From the NCBI GenBank assembly GCA_951406725.2, contig OX597820.1, positions 43,958,001-44,022,000 of the forward strand: a DNA stretch of 64,000 nucleotides, read 5' to 3'. Below are positions 12,121-26,799 of the stretch, piece after piece. Both the position numbers and the translations under genes were made by a program. The notes below the pieces were generated by a model. The model saw nothing but the letters and a program-made list of their open reading frames with translations. It made no database searches and had not been told where the DNA came from. Numbering within the stretch: position 1 is the stretch's first letter; each line of letters opens with the position of its first letter. This stretch comes from Octopus vulgaris. Its lineage: Eukaryota.

Positions 12121-12550
12121 TATTTGTTTAATGAGGTAAAATCTGAAAATATACAGAACATTTTATAAACAACAATACAAAACTAAATGAAACTATAAAT
12201 TTGCTCTATAGTTCATATATTATCTCAGTGTTTTTCCTCATTTTACGTCTTTATTTTGAAAATATTTAAATTTCAGTTTATATATCAAAACTTAAGTATA
12301 TGCACAGTCATTCGCAGGAAGCAACGGTTTATGTATATCTCGCATCATATTGATTTAATATAGATGGTACAACACGTCATTTCATTTTAATAACAATAAA
12401 AAAAAAGATGTAGTTTTTCATCTCTACTTTTGATATTCACACACATATACTAAGCTTTCTAAGCTAGAAGATACCATAATAGAATATTAAATGCAGAACA
12501 CGCATAAAAAGAGGCCGTATGCTGTCAACCAAAAGATACAGGTAGATGTG
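12121..12550. repeat. Dispersed unclassified repeat, copy 2
   Basis: Colinear with 41-650. Confidence 0.7.
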
Positions 12551-12858
12551 TAAGTGTGTGTGTATCGATAAAGAAAGAGAGAGAGAGAGAGAAAGAGGTG
12601 TGTGTATGCCTTACTTGCTGTAGCCATTAGACTGCAGCCATGCTGGGGCACCGCCATGAAGGGTTTTAGTTGAGCATAGTTTTGTTTTAAAGCCTGGTAT
12701 TTTTCTATTGACCTCTAAGCTACAATGATGTAAACAAACTAGCACAAAACACGCGCGCGTACGCACACATGCATGCAAACACAGACACACACAAATGCGC
12801 AAACATACATATAGAGATAGTAGACAGATAGAAAGTAGACAGACAGATAAATAAGTAT

Positions 12859-13044
<186 letters not shown>

Positions 13045-13865
13045 TTGATGGTGCAAAGAGGGGAATAGAGCTGTATACTAGGAAGTACAGCATATATATA
13101 TATATATATGAAATGAATGTCTTAGAAAAATATTCCGAACATACAATAACAGCCATACCAAAAATCCAATCTACCTCTATCATCAGCTGCCCCACGGATA
13201 TCACTATTGTTTCGACACCTGGGCAGTACCATTCAATCCGGTGATGTCAACAGCACTAAAATAGGTGTTGTTTGGGTACAAACATACCTTAGGTATCATT
13301 AGGTATCACCACATTCATTCAATCTTAACACTAAGAAGGATGGATTAAACACTAACATTATTAAACTACAACAAAAAAAACACAGTTATCCTATGTACAA
13401 AAGCAGCATCGGTAAATAAAATCAATAAGTAAATATATAACTAACTCCCAAATCATCTAACTAAATAGCAACCTAGCCATTGGGGTGAGTGGACAAACGA
13501 AAGAAAGGCACTCGACCAATTTATTGGGAGTTACATGTAATAGATCGAAACAGTTTGATTCAACTTCGTTTGTACTCTTGAGTTTCAAGCATGATGGCAG
13601 ATGACTAACATCATGCTTGAAACTCAAGAGTACCAACGAATTTGAATCAAACCGTATTGATCCATATATAGATAGATAGATATACGTATATATATGTGTA
13701 CATGCGTATACATGTGGATAAGTGTGTATACATATGCATGCACATGCCCCACACACACATACACACACGTGTAGTGCCCTAGCATAGCCACAGACTTAGG
13801 GTTGAAACACGTAACAGAATATACATACATACATACATACATACATACATACATACATACATACA

Positions 13866-13946
<81 letters not shown>

Positions 13947-14188
13947 TGGATTTTTTTGTATCCGAAATAACTTCCATTTCATCATGAACATGTTTTTTTC
14001 AGAAATCACCTTTGCCCATTACTTTTCTCTTAACCTAGGACCCTCTCTATATTTTAGTTATTGCTCTGATAGGGGCCATTTGTTTCCAAATGCCTATTGC
14101 AGATGGACATTCTCTCCTCTCTTCCTCTCACACCTACTTCCTCCCACCCACCTCATACATACATACATAGATACATACATGTGTGTGT

Positions 14189-14235
<47 letters not shown>

Positions 14236-14903
14236 TTCATAGAAATCTATATTAAACTGGCATATATTACTCTCATCAACAGAATTACTAGGATTTTTAT
14301 GTGGGTATTTTGATAGTTTCGAAATGGTATTTCCGATTCTATGCACCGGTAAATTTTATTGGTCAAATACGACGTGGAAGAAGGAGTGAGTCTATTTATT
14401 TTCTTTGCTTTGATATATATTTTTTTTGCGCTCTACTCATTTTCGTTTCATTAATTTCATTCGTTTCATTAAATTTTACACCTCGAACTAATTGAATTTA
14501 GGAATGATCTTTATTTTTCATATATAAGATAATTCGCTTTCGTTAACTTAAAATATTTTCTAAGAGTGGTGATTTGATATACGAGACATTAATGTTACTG
14601 AAAAAATACATATTAGAGTATTTACTTACCTCAACAGAAGTGACTTAGCTTTAATTCTCCCCGTAGTCGATGAAATAAACGGCAACATGATACTGCAAGC
14701 CATTATAATCATTTAGCATCCCGTCCTTCAATAGTCGCACTTGAATCTGATGAGAAAATGAATTTAGACATTTTTATCCCATTAGGTACATTAGTGAACG
14801 ATATATTCAAGAAACCACAACACAAATACACCTGTATTTACAGTAAAAGGATATGCATTCTATGGGATATTTTAGTATCGTCGGTTCTCCTTCGAGTTTC
14901 TCT

Positions 14904-14941
<38 letters not shown>

Positions 14942-15679
14942 CTCTTTCTTTCTCCGTCTCTCTCTTCTTCTCTCTCTCCCTTTCTCTCACATACACACAA
15001 ACACTCTCTTTCTCTCCTTCTCTCACGACCTTCCTACCGTTATCTATATATGTATATATATATATATAACTATACACATATACAGAAATATGTACATACG
15101 TACACACACACACATATTCAAGCATATGTGTGTGTATGTGTGTGTGAGTATGTATGTATTATATGTGCATACATGTATGTATGTGTATATGTGAGTGTGT
15201 CTATGTATGTACATATGTATGTATATGTGCTTGTTTTATTACCGATGTCTGTACAGAAATAAGTTCAACGCTCGATATGAGATATGTGTACTTTATCATA
15301 TATAAACGCATTTTTCGTTTTCCTACGAAGAAATCTTACAGCTAAAAACACAAATCAAAAAAAAAAAATGTTGATGTTGCTAAAATATATTCCGAATTAC
15401 AAGATAGTCTTACCGAAATTTACTGGAGTATCATCAGCTTGAACGTAACTGTAATATCGATTTAATTTGAATACAAATACCTTGTATAATATATTTAATT
15501 CGGTTTTAGGGGATATCTGCCGCAGACTTAAGACTATATGCCCGATGAAAATTACAGCACTGTGGCGCCATTATTCGTTATATGAATTAACAAATACTGT
15601 AAATATGATATTTATACTCAATGTCACGATGACTCTCACATGGGTTCATTATATATACGTTTATATATATAAATATATT

Positions 15680-15720
<41 letters not shown>

Positions 15721-16131
15721 GGGAGGGGAAGAGGAGGGGAGGGGGAGACTGAGGTATATAGATTTGCAAAGAGCGGTACCTGATAAAAAAAATCGATTTT
15801 CAACAATATCAAGAAATTGATGTATGTGTGCGTGTGTGTGTGCGTGTGTGTGTGCGTGTGCGCGCGCTTGTGGCTTTATGTATGCGTGTGCTTATGTATA
15901 TGAATGTAAATATATATATGTATGTATGTATATATATACACCCATATGTAAACGTATATATGATTATATACAAATATAGAAGTATACATATATATATAAT
16001 ATAAATGCATATATGTATATATGCTAATGTTTATGTTTATCATACACACGTCGATGCACAGACATATATATATATATAATATATATTCGTGCTTGTGTAT
16101 ATGTATGTGTGTGTGAGAGAGAGAGAGAGAG

Positions 16132-16209
<78 letters not shown>

Positions 16210-16567
16210 TGCGCATGAGCGTGCAGCCATTCAGCATCCAGAGAGTACTCAATGACTACACAGAAACTTGAGGGGAATTGAATAATTTATCTGCAGATCA
16301 AAAAACAGGTCGAAATACTTGCAAGGGAGTAAACCTTGCTAAATTCATACAAGAGCAAATCCTGTAGTGTTGGCAGATCGCAGAACGCAAAGAGCAGAGG
16401 GAAATTCCACGATGCATTATGTCGTCATTCTAAAACCTAAATTAGAGAATGTTAGGCATCGGCTTTGGGCATTAATGGCCGTTTAATTAATGGGTAATTA
16501 TTCGTGACACTTAGTTTATGTCGCATGTTATCCCCTCCTACGCAGTAAAGTATATATAAAGAACAGA

Positions 16568-18460
16568 GTGCAACTAGAAAATTTGTACAAGTCTCAGAAA
16601 GTAGACTTGCAAAAAGAATTCAGGAGGCTTAAAGACACTTGGTGGAGAAAATTGTCTGAGGAAGTACAGGCGGCCTATGACAGGAAAGACATTAAAAGTT
16701 TTTATACTTTATTGCAGCAAGCTTTTGGACCCCAATCTTCATCATATGTTTCCTCGAAGTCAAAAGATGGAAATGAGGAACTACACAGAAACATGTAAGT
16801 TCAGGTAGTCTTTAATGGTGAGCTATCTTGTGAATTTTCGGTGGACAACGGTGTCAAACATGGAGATATTCCTGCACCTACACTTTTGCCTATTTATTTT
16901 GCTGCATTGCTTTGGTATGCTTTCAAGGGTTGCAATAGGGGAGTCAGAACCAGATTTCAGACATCTTGGCTCAAATGAAATGGGCTGGACATGTTATTAC
17001 AAAGAAAGATGAGCAGTTACCAAAGCGTCTTTTTTATGGTGAGCTCAAGTCTGATAAGCGACCACAATATAAGCCGAGGAAAAGGTGTAAAGACTGTGTG
17101 AAGAAAACCCGAAGAAACTAGATCTGAACAAATGTGGAAGGAAAATTGATGTTCTGGATCGGAACAAGTGGAGAAGTACTATTAGAACTGGTTGCAGTTC
17201 CTGGGAGGAAAAATCTGTCCCGGTTTAACTGCAAAGCAAAGACTTTCTAAATACTTCACGCTAATGATCCTGATTTGTTGGTACACTCAGACGTGGATAT
17301 GCAACATTTAATGGACAGAGTTGGCACTGCATGTGTACATTTCGGACTCACAATTAATCTTGAGAAAACCAAAGGAATGAGTGGACAAACATTTACTGAT
17401 CCACGCCTTCTTGCGAATGGAACAAGGTTAGAAGTCGTTGACACTTTTATTTACCTTGGAAGCACACCGTCAAGAGATTGTGGTCTTGATGTAGAGATAT
17501 ACTATCGAATAGGGAAGGGAAGTGCTGCATTTGGAAATCTCGAAAAGTGATTATGCACAGATACAGGTATTTCCCTGCAGACAAAAATCAGTGTGTATAA
17601 AACGTGTGTATTGGCTGTACTTCTTTATTCGAGTGAGACGTGGACAACTTACAGGCGTCATATGAAAATACTGGAGAGATTTCGTCAAAAGTGCCTAAGA
17701 AGTACCTTAGGAGTCAAGTTGGAATGTTCCATACCAGAATGTTTCATGCTCATGGCATGTTGTAGCTCAGTTGAACAACATGTTATCTTGGCTCAAATGA
17801 AATGGGCTGGATATGATATTACAATGAAAGATGAGCAGTTGCCAAAGCGTCTTTTACTATGGTGAGCTCTGGTAAGTGGCCACAACATAAGCCGAGGAAA
17901 AGGTGTAAATACTTTGTGAAGTTAAACCTGATGAAACTAGATATGAACAAATATGATAGGGAAATTGATGTTCTGGATCGGAACAAGTGGAGAGGTACTG
18001 TTAGGACTAGTTGCAATTCCTGGGAGGAAAAGATGATTCAGCACTCTAAGTTTAAAAGGGCCTACCGCAAAGGAATAATTCGAACTGGAATCAACAATGA
18101 ACATTGGACATGTATTATGAGTATCGTGTTCTGTGGTCAAAAGCAGGATATGTGAATCATATGAAGCCACAGGAAAATCGAAATTTTCAGGTAGGTAATA
18201 ATCTTGGGCACCAACCACCTCTTATGACTCGTGTCATATGTCGCAAAACTCGTAAGACAAGATCTGGACTTAAAAGACGTATACTAGTTCACAAAACATA
18301 CCTTCAGAATCAGATTTCAAAGGGCAAAGCTGTAGAAGGAACTCGAATGATATATCACCTGTGTTTTAAATCCTGTCAGTCGGCAGCTCATCTTAAAAGT
18401 CATCTGAGGGCTCGTCAACGGAAGATTGTGCTGTGTGATGGGGTATGATGTATGTGTTGA
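16568..18460 (+). mobile_element. Decayed, rearranged RTE-clade LINE ORF2 (RT, with degenerate C-terminal C2H2-like fingers)
   Basis: Motifs NGVKHGDIPAPTLL, HFGLTINLEKTK, LEVVDTFIYLGST, RIGKGSAAFGNL, LLYSSETWTTY and MKWAG..QLPKRL. Many stops and frameshifts. Confidence 0.9.
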
Positions 18461-18530
18461 TGGGACAGCTATCATCTATCAAGATGAAGCAAACATCATA
18501 TGTTTATGTATATGTATGTATGTATGTGTA

Positions 18531-18567
<37 letters not shown>

Positions 18568-18961
18568 GCATGTATGTATTATACACACACACACACGTGT
18601 GTGTAGGCTACCAATGTTTTAATAATACGTCACTGATCGACGTCACTGACTCATGCCAACTCATGCCAACAATCCATACTACCCTATAAAGTACTCAGTA
18701 CAAGGAGCTGATGTCGCTGTCTCCACTATACCACAGCCTGTCACCATAGCTGAGCAAGCATTCCACAAGGACACAAATGTAAAAATAATAGATGGCGTCA
18801 CTTTCATAACATTACTACCATTGACTTGAACTGAACATCCAGAAGTCATCCGGAATTTCTCTGAAAAAATCTCACACCTGTCTTTTAGCATTTGATAAGA
18901 TAGGCGTGTCTATGCACCAACCGAAAGCTTAAGCTATGTGGATCTAAGTCAAGCTATTATA

Positions 18962-19033
<72 letters not shown>

Positions 19034-21126
19034 GAAGTTAAAAGTTATAGCCAGTTATAGAGTCACCATTAGTTTCGCATCGATTTTTTCAAACTGGTAC
19101 TAACAGTTAGAAAATGATAGAATTATTTTAGCATTTTTACCTTGTTTTATTTTCCTTATACATATCAACTCGACCCAAAGTTATAGAAAACTATATTTTC
19201 TTAAGATGCCACGCAGTGGGATTGAATCCGGATCGCGGTGTTGCGATACGAGCTACTTAGACATTTAGACATACTTTACCTACAAGAAACAATATGTGTA
19301 AAGGAAACAATTCGAAATTGAATCTTCAGTCTCATCTTGCAACTCACAGAGTGTACGTCATACTCAGATATACTTTGATTTCAAATTTCTTCAGTATATC
19401 TCATTACAGCCCGATAGGTGTCTTATACATGTAAGTGGTTAGAAAAATGTATCACGGTTTTTTGGGTTTTTTTTTTTTTTTGATGTGCATTAACTATAAT
19501 GTATGTGGTAAACTAGAGGTTTTGATATCATATTCGACAATGTCACTTTATCAAAAGTCATACAGACTTCATAGTTAGGAAGTTGTGATTTCAACATGAT
19601 CAATCAAGTGTAAATTTAATGTGTAGATACAAGTGATATGGAAGAATACACAAGATGCTGAATAATTTCATGCATACTGCTGTTGGTTCTTTGTACGAAA
19701 CTATGTTTCTAAGTCCGGCTAGCTGTCGAAAATGTATTGCATCATTTGAGAATGATATCTTTCCCAGACAGACGGCCTATTGGAGGAATGAGATATGTCT
19801 CTCATTCATACAATGATATAAATCTAGAGCTAAGAACTAGCTTCCAAAGGGTCCTTCGTGGTCTTGGAAACAAGCTTTTTTTTTAACTTGCTACGTTAAA
19901 CGCTCAGCAAGATGACTGGATACGAAATATTTTTTTCTTTTAGGAACCTAAATCCACAGGATTATTTAGGTACGCTTTGTATTTATCGTTCAGTTTTCGT
20001 GTATGTGAGCCATGGGTATTTACCCCCAATATATAAAAACGTGCATTAAGAGAAACTTGTGTTGTGAAATGAACTCCCCACCACTAAAATTAACGATGAT
20101 GCAATTTAATTGAAACAGAGAGGGATTTATCAAGGCTAACCAATGAGACATGGTTTGGCTTTACAGTGATGATAATACTGCTGCTGCCTACAGTACTAAA
20201 CTTTACCATATTATGGAGTTTTTATACAGCTTGAGATGAGGACAGAGTTAGATGAGGACGGAGTTGAGATGAGGACAGATGAGGACAGAAGTTAAGTATC
20301 TTTACCGTGGATTATTTCATATTACCTTGACTGCGTGCTTTTCAACACGTCATAAGGCTTCTTATCGACTACACCGACCACATTATTTTGTGCATATCTT
20401 TCTTTGGAGATAACGGCTATTTACCCGCCTGAGAATCAGAATAATCGTTTGAAGTAATGTATCTCAGAACCGGAGCTGTAGTTGAGTCTCCACTGGGACG
20501 ATGTGACATAAACAGCCAACATCTAAAGGTTCAACACTTAAATTGATGATTATAAGTTAATGAAAGATGTGTAATCCAACATGTAATTAGTTGCGATATA
20601 TACGAGTTAAATCTATTAGCAATAATTATCTTCTTCTAGTAGGTATGGTATGATATAAAATAAACGTTGATTCATCAGCATGTAACTTTGTGAACATTGC
20701 AACTAATTGCAGTGTCAATTATGTATCGTTCTATTTACTGAACAGCTTAAGTATTAATATCATCACACTACTTTCGCTAATAGTATGTGCATTTACATAT
20801 ACTCAAACACATGTGTTGCTATGTTGACGCGAGAACATTGCTATGTTCGGTGTTCATGCTCAATTATATACATGTATCATTCGCACATACACTCATAAGC
20901 AACTGAATCCGCCCGTACTCGTATGGATAGATGTGGAAGCGAAACTATAGACACACGCATTATCGCAAGATACACTGAATCAACTTCAGCTATATAATGA
21001 GACTGCATGGAATCATTGCTTTCACTTTTCAATTAACTCTTCACTTTTAACGCAATACTCACTAAACCTATGCAAACAAGCATACATAAGTAATATTACT
21101 TACGTAAGTAATATTACTTACGTACT

Positions 21127-21204
<78 letters not shown>

Positions 21205-21779
21205 ACATACATACATACATACATACATACATACATACATACATACATACATACATACATACATACATGCAATATTCGAATGTAATAATATAATAAAGCA
21301 TCTTCATTATGCGGTGGTCAGTGAGATATGACTGTGTATAAGTTCAGAAGTTTTGTGTGGGTGCCAGCATGTACATGTATGCATAAAAGAGACGGACAGA
21401 CGGATAGACGGACGGACGGACGGATGGACGGGTGGGTGGATGGACGGATGGATGGATGGGTGGGTGGATGGATATGTATATTTTTAATATTTGCTTGTTT
21501 CAGTTATTACACTGCGGCCATGTTAGGGCACTGCCTTGGAGTGTTTGGTCGAACAAATCGACCCCAGCAATTATTATTTAAGTCTGGTATATATAATATC
21601 GATATCATATACTGCAGGGGCGTAAACACACCAACACCGGTTGTCAAGTTTTGGTGAGGGACAAACACAAACTCAAGGGCATACAAACACAAAGACACAC
21701 ACATACACACATACACACAAAAGTACATTAGATACATACATACATAGGTGTGTGTGTGTGTATGTATGTGTTTGTGTGT

Positions 21780-22170
21780 GTGTGGCAAGAAGCTTGCTCT
21801 CCAACCACATGGTTCCGGGTTCAGTCCCACTGCGTGTCACTTTGGGTAAGTGTCTTCTATTATAAACTTGGGCTGACCAAAGCCTTGTGAGTGGATTTGG
21901 TAGACGGAAATTGAAAGAATCCCGTCGTAAAAATATGTATATACATATCTATGCGCGTGTGTCTGTGTTTGTCCCACCATCACCACTTGACAACCGGTGT
22001 TGGTGTGTTTATGTCCCTGTAACTTAGCGGCTCAGCAAAATAGACCGAGAGAATAAGTACCAGGATTAAAAGAAATAAATACTGGGGTCGATTCATTCGG
22101 CTAAAATTTCAAGTCGGTACCCTAGAATGGCATAGTCTAATGACTGAAAAAGGTAAAAGATAAAAGATAC
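21780..22170 (+). mobile_element. SINE family A copy; an opposite-strand 3' half lies at about 21495-21670
   Basis: caagaagcttgctctccaaccacatggttccgggttcagtcccactgcg through ctaatgactgaaaaaggtaaaagata. Confidence 0.85.
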
Positions 22171-22172
22171 AT

Positions 22173-22259
<87 letters not shown>

Positions 22260-24583
22260 GTATTCACAAAAAAAAGACGAAGACAGGTGGTGTAGACAAC
22301 AAATAGATGTATTAGTATAACGCTCGGGAAGTGAAAAAGTCTTTAACATTTCGAGCCTACGCTCTTCCACAGAAAGGAACGCAGAAAGAAGCAAGGACGC
22401 AAAATAAAGAATGTGTAGTGGCTAGCGACCTATCATGGCGGGATCTTCTTTCAGTTTTCGTCCTCTGGATCCACTCACAATGCTTTGGTCGGACCGAGGC
22501 TATAGTAGAAGAGACTTGTCCAAGATTCCACAAAGTGGATTTCTAATTCTTGGCCTTTTTCTCGTTAGATCTCATTTCCACTCTCCTATGCATTTCTCTT
22601 AAAGTTCACACCCTCTTACCCATTCCTCTAGGAGGCAACTTTCGGCCCCAGTAACTATTGTCATAATACAAAGATGTAATATATATTTTCTGCATTGGTT
22701 ATAAAATATTTGAACAGTTCAACACCATTGCCTGGTGCTTGGTGGGTTTTAGGGGACTCGGTTCTGTTGCAAGGATTTGTTTCAGGTATTTGGCTTCAAT
22801 ATATTCACTTTTCTCTCGTACATCATTATTGGATACCCTAGAAGACCCAACCATATTTATAGTATGCATGCGAAACTCTCCTCTGAAATATTTTGCTCAG
22901 CCATGTTGATACCTTCATAGATTCTGTCTTTATGGGAGATATTTTATATAAAGCTGAAATCCGTATAAATACTGTGTTCGCGTGATAATATACGGATGAG
23001 TATACATATATACATACCTGTGTATGTGTTTAGGTGTGTCAGTGTGTGTGTATGTATGTGTTGAGTGTGTGTGTGTGTGTGTGTGTGTGTTATGCATGTG
23101 ATTTGTACATATCATTTAAGTATATATGAGTATGTCTAGATATGGAAGTATATGGATGAGAAGACATGCATAAAACAAAACATACAAATCTGCACACATA
23201 CATACAAACAAAGATACCCTTTTGTTGATTTTGAAATTCCAATGAAGGAGCCTTGGGTCTATGTTAGAAACCGGCTCTTTATCGGCAAGAAATCTTGAAA
23301 TAAAACTGCATAATGCTATACATACATACATACATACATACATACATACATACATACATACATACATACATACATACATACATACATACATACATACATA
23401 CATACATGAGTGTATGTGTTTGTGTACCTACGAATATATTTGAGTGCGTGGGGTAGAATTGCCATAAAAACAAGGTGCGCTTGATATTACAATAAGTTCT
23501 GTATTTAATCTTCTCTTCCATTACGGATATTACATTTCGAAAATAATATCTAAACGAATGTAAGAATGGCGAAAGTCATTGCGAAATAGAATGGTTAATC
23601 ATAATAAATAATTAATCAATATCATTCAGGTAGCTAAATTTGCGCCTATTAATAACAATGTAATCAAATGATATCTTCAGTTACTCAGATATGGTGACAT
23701 ATATTCATAACAGCAAACATGAATGATGTGCGTCAATTATCTAAAGCTACTAAAACTATTCAAAACTTATATTAACTCTAATGGGTAACCCTAGCAAGCA
23801 ATAGAAGTCCTTGGCAAGAAGAGATTTGGAAATAGTTTGCTTGCACAAGTGCAATCAGTCGAAAGTTCTGCATACCGAATCTCAGCAGGTATCGAGAGTC
23901 ATCAGGAGAAAATGTGCGCCGTTTCGAGACCTTCCTTTCGGCAGTTTTATAGCAAACAGCCCCCACACCCACTCACTGATTTTAGATCTCATGTACTGGT
24001 TCGATTGACCAGTATTTGACCTCAAATCTCGTTCAGGATGGTCACTTCTCCACCCAATGGTCCTCTTATGACAGCATTTACATTTTTGTATTTCTCGCCA
24101 ACTTACGAGCCATAATTTTTTTCCATTAGGTTGAGATTAAGGGTGGCGAACTGGTGGAATCATTATAGCTCTTTATTTTCTGGATTCAAATTACGCCTTT
24201 CATCCAAAAAGTCTCTGGAATTAAGTATTATATTGAGCTCAAAGATATTTCACTTCCAGTTGTAATATGCCAATAAATTTCATATTTGCTGAAAACACTT
24301 CCACACTAAAGGACTTCTTTTATTTATTTTTACATTTTAACCCAGGGGTTCGCAAACTGCGACCCACGGACGCCTGCAGCAAATCAGAAAAAAAATCAAT
24401 AAATTTTTGTGAAATTCAATATGCTTGTGCTTGAACCAAAGTTAACCTTTTCAGTGTCATAGAAATCTATGCCCCATTTTCCGATGGTTACATACTTTCT
24501 GCGCATGCGTATGATATTGCGCATGTGCAGTTAGTGCTGATAATAGCCTGCACAACATCACGATATCTCCACCCGTAGGAACA

Positions 24584-26799
24584 ATGCCTCCTAAAAAACG
24601 TAAAATTGAGGATGAGTGCCGTGCATTTAATGAAAAATGTTTACACAACTATTTTTTCACAAGTTGTAAGAATAAAGCGATATATTTAGTGTGCCAGGAG
24701 ACGATTGCCGTGTTAAAGGAATACAATTTGAGGCGGTACTACCAAACAAAACACGGATATTTGGGATGCAACATAACCGATGAAGAACAGAAGAAAATGG
24801 CTGTGGAATATGTTGCAAAATTGAACAAGCAACGAACTCTATTTAAGAAGCAATCATCAATTCACGATACTGAGTTGAAGGCAAGTTTTATGGTGGCATA
24901 CCGAATTTCAAGACGTAACAAACCATTCTCAGATGGTGAGTTAATAAATCAATTCATGAAGGATAACGCAAGTGTTGTATTCCCGGAAATGAAAGGTAAA
25001 TTCAAAAATATTTCATTATCGAGGAGGACTGTTGTGCGACGCATAGAAATAATCAGTGAGGAATTGACTCAACAGCTGAGGGATACAAGTTATTCGTTAG
25101 TAGAAGATGAGAGTATCGACATCCAAGATACTGCACAGTTACTAATTTTCGTATGTGGAGTGGATGAGAATTTCCGTATCACCGGAGAATTGTTGTCACC
25201 AGAATCGATGAAAAATACAACAACCGGTCAGGATTTGTATGAGTGTGTGGTCAATGCAATTGAAAAAAGTGCATTATCATGAGATATATTGACAAGCATA
25301 ACAACAGATGATGTCCGGGCATTGCATGGGGAAAATGCGGTCATGGTTAACCTCTTGGAAGGCAAGATTAGAAAAGACAATCTTAACGAAGCTTTCTTGT
25401 CTTTCCACTGCATTTTGCAACAAGAAAATATGTGTAAATCTGCACTTAACATGAAGCATGTGATGGATCCAGTGATGAGTGTAGTAAACACAACCAGAGC
25501 AAGATCATTCAACTACAGACAATTCAAATCTCTACTGGAGGATATGGAGGCTTAGCATGGGGAGCTTCTCTACCACGACAATGTACAATGGCTCAGTCTT
25601 GGTAAAATGCCGAAGCGAGTGTGGGACTTGCGAAAAGAAAGTCTGCTCTTTCGCGATATGACAAGGATTGCTTGTGAATTTGTTACAAAAATGGACTGTG
25701 ATGAGTGGAAATATGAACTTATATTTGCAGCTGATGTTTTTGAAAAGTTTTATGAGCTAAATGTAAAATTGCAGAGAAAGGAACTTTTGGCTCATGAAAT
25801 GTATAAGCATGTCAAATCTTTTCAAGCAAAATTATTCTTGTTTCCAAGGCAAGCAAATGAGGATAAGTTCACACACACACACACTCACTGTTGAGAAAAG
25901 AGAAAGTACCTGCAAATGTGTATTCAAAAATTAAAGAGCAGTTGAGAAGTTTGACTGAAGAGTTTGAAAGAAGGTTTGAGGATTTCAGGCAGATTGAGCT
26001 TAAATTCAACTTAACCACTTCTCCTTTCTCTGCTGATGATGATGCAGCTTGAATTGATAGACATTCAATTTGATCATTCATTGAAAGAAATGTTTCACTC
26101 ACTACAATTAGTAGTATTTTACAAGTAACTCTCTGTTTAATGCTTTCCGCGTTTAAGAAATTTTGCTGCCAGTTCATTCTCTATTTTTATTTCTTTATTG
26201 CCCACAGGAGGCTAAACATAGAGAGAACAAACAAGGACAAGCAAACGGATTAAGTCGATTAAATCGACCCCAGTGCGTAACTGGTACTTAATTTATCGAC
26301 CCCGAAAGGATGAAAGGCAAAGTCGACCTCGGCGGAATTTGAACTCAGAACGTAACGGCAGACGAAATACCTATTTCTTTACTAACCACAAGGGGCTAAA
26401 CACAGAAGGGACAAACGAAGACAGACAAAAGTATGAAGTCGATTATATCGACCCCAGTGCGTTAATGGTACTTATTTAATCGACCCCGAAAGAATGAAAC
26501 GCAAAGTCGACCTCCGCGGAAATTGAACTCATAACATAATGGCAGACGAGATATGGTTACGCATTTCGCCCGGCGCGCTAACGTTTCTGCCAGCTCGCCG
26601 CCTTAATTTTCTATTTTTGGTTTCACTAACATCTGTGAAGAGAGTTTTTTTCTGCATGAAGATAAATAAGTCCAAGAACAGGTCCATGGTGTCGGATACA
26701 AACTCAAATGCTGTGATGAGAGTTTCTACCAGTGACCTTGTGCTAGACATCAAAAGAATTGTAAAGCAGAATTGTGACCAGAAACATTTTCCCAATTAA
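24584..26799 (+). pseudogene. hAT transposase pseudogene (GTF2IRD2/EPM2AIP1-like family)
   Basis: MPPKKRK start, KEYNLRRYYQTKH (BED-like), NKPFSDGE, SLSRRTV, DESIDIQDTAQLLIF, FHCILQQE and the C-terminal CEESFFCMKINKSKNRS. Stops, frameshifts, a (CA)n expansion and a SINE insertion disrupt it. Confidence 0.9.
26189..26606 (-). mobile_element. SINE family C dimer inserted in the transposase
   Basis: Minus strand starts ggcggcgagctggcagaaacgttagc. Core cctttcatcctttcggggtcgataaattaagtaccag resembles the Nin/Deu-type SINE domain. Flanked by a tctattttt duplication. Confidence 0.85.

Noticed and set aside
19680-20530. Complex non-repetitive stretch with a short gatgaggac tandem at about 20235-20290; possible exon or decayed element
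   Set aside because: No ORF of 60 aa or more in the track and no protein motif I can recognise. BLASTx or RNA-seq is needed.
23780-24060. CUGAUGA and CGAAAC-like words on the minus strand; similar partial words near 10330-10375, 13205-13260 and 15400-15440
   Set aside because: Cores are incomplete or the stems do not close, so they are compatible with chance.
24584-25282. 232-aa ORF resembling the domesticated genes GTF2IRD2/EPM2AIP1
   Set aside because: It lies within TIRs and a TSD, and the rest of the frame is broken. It is a transposase pseudogene.
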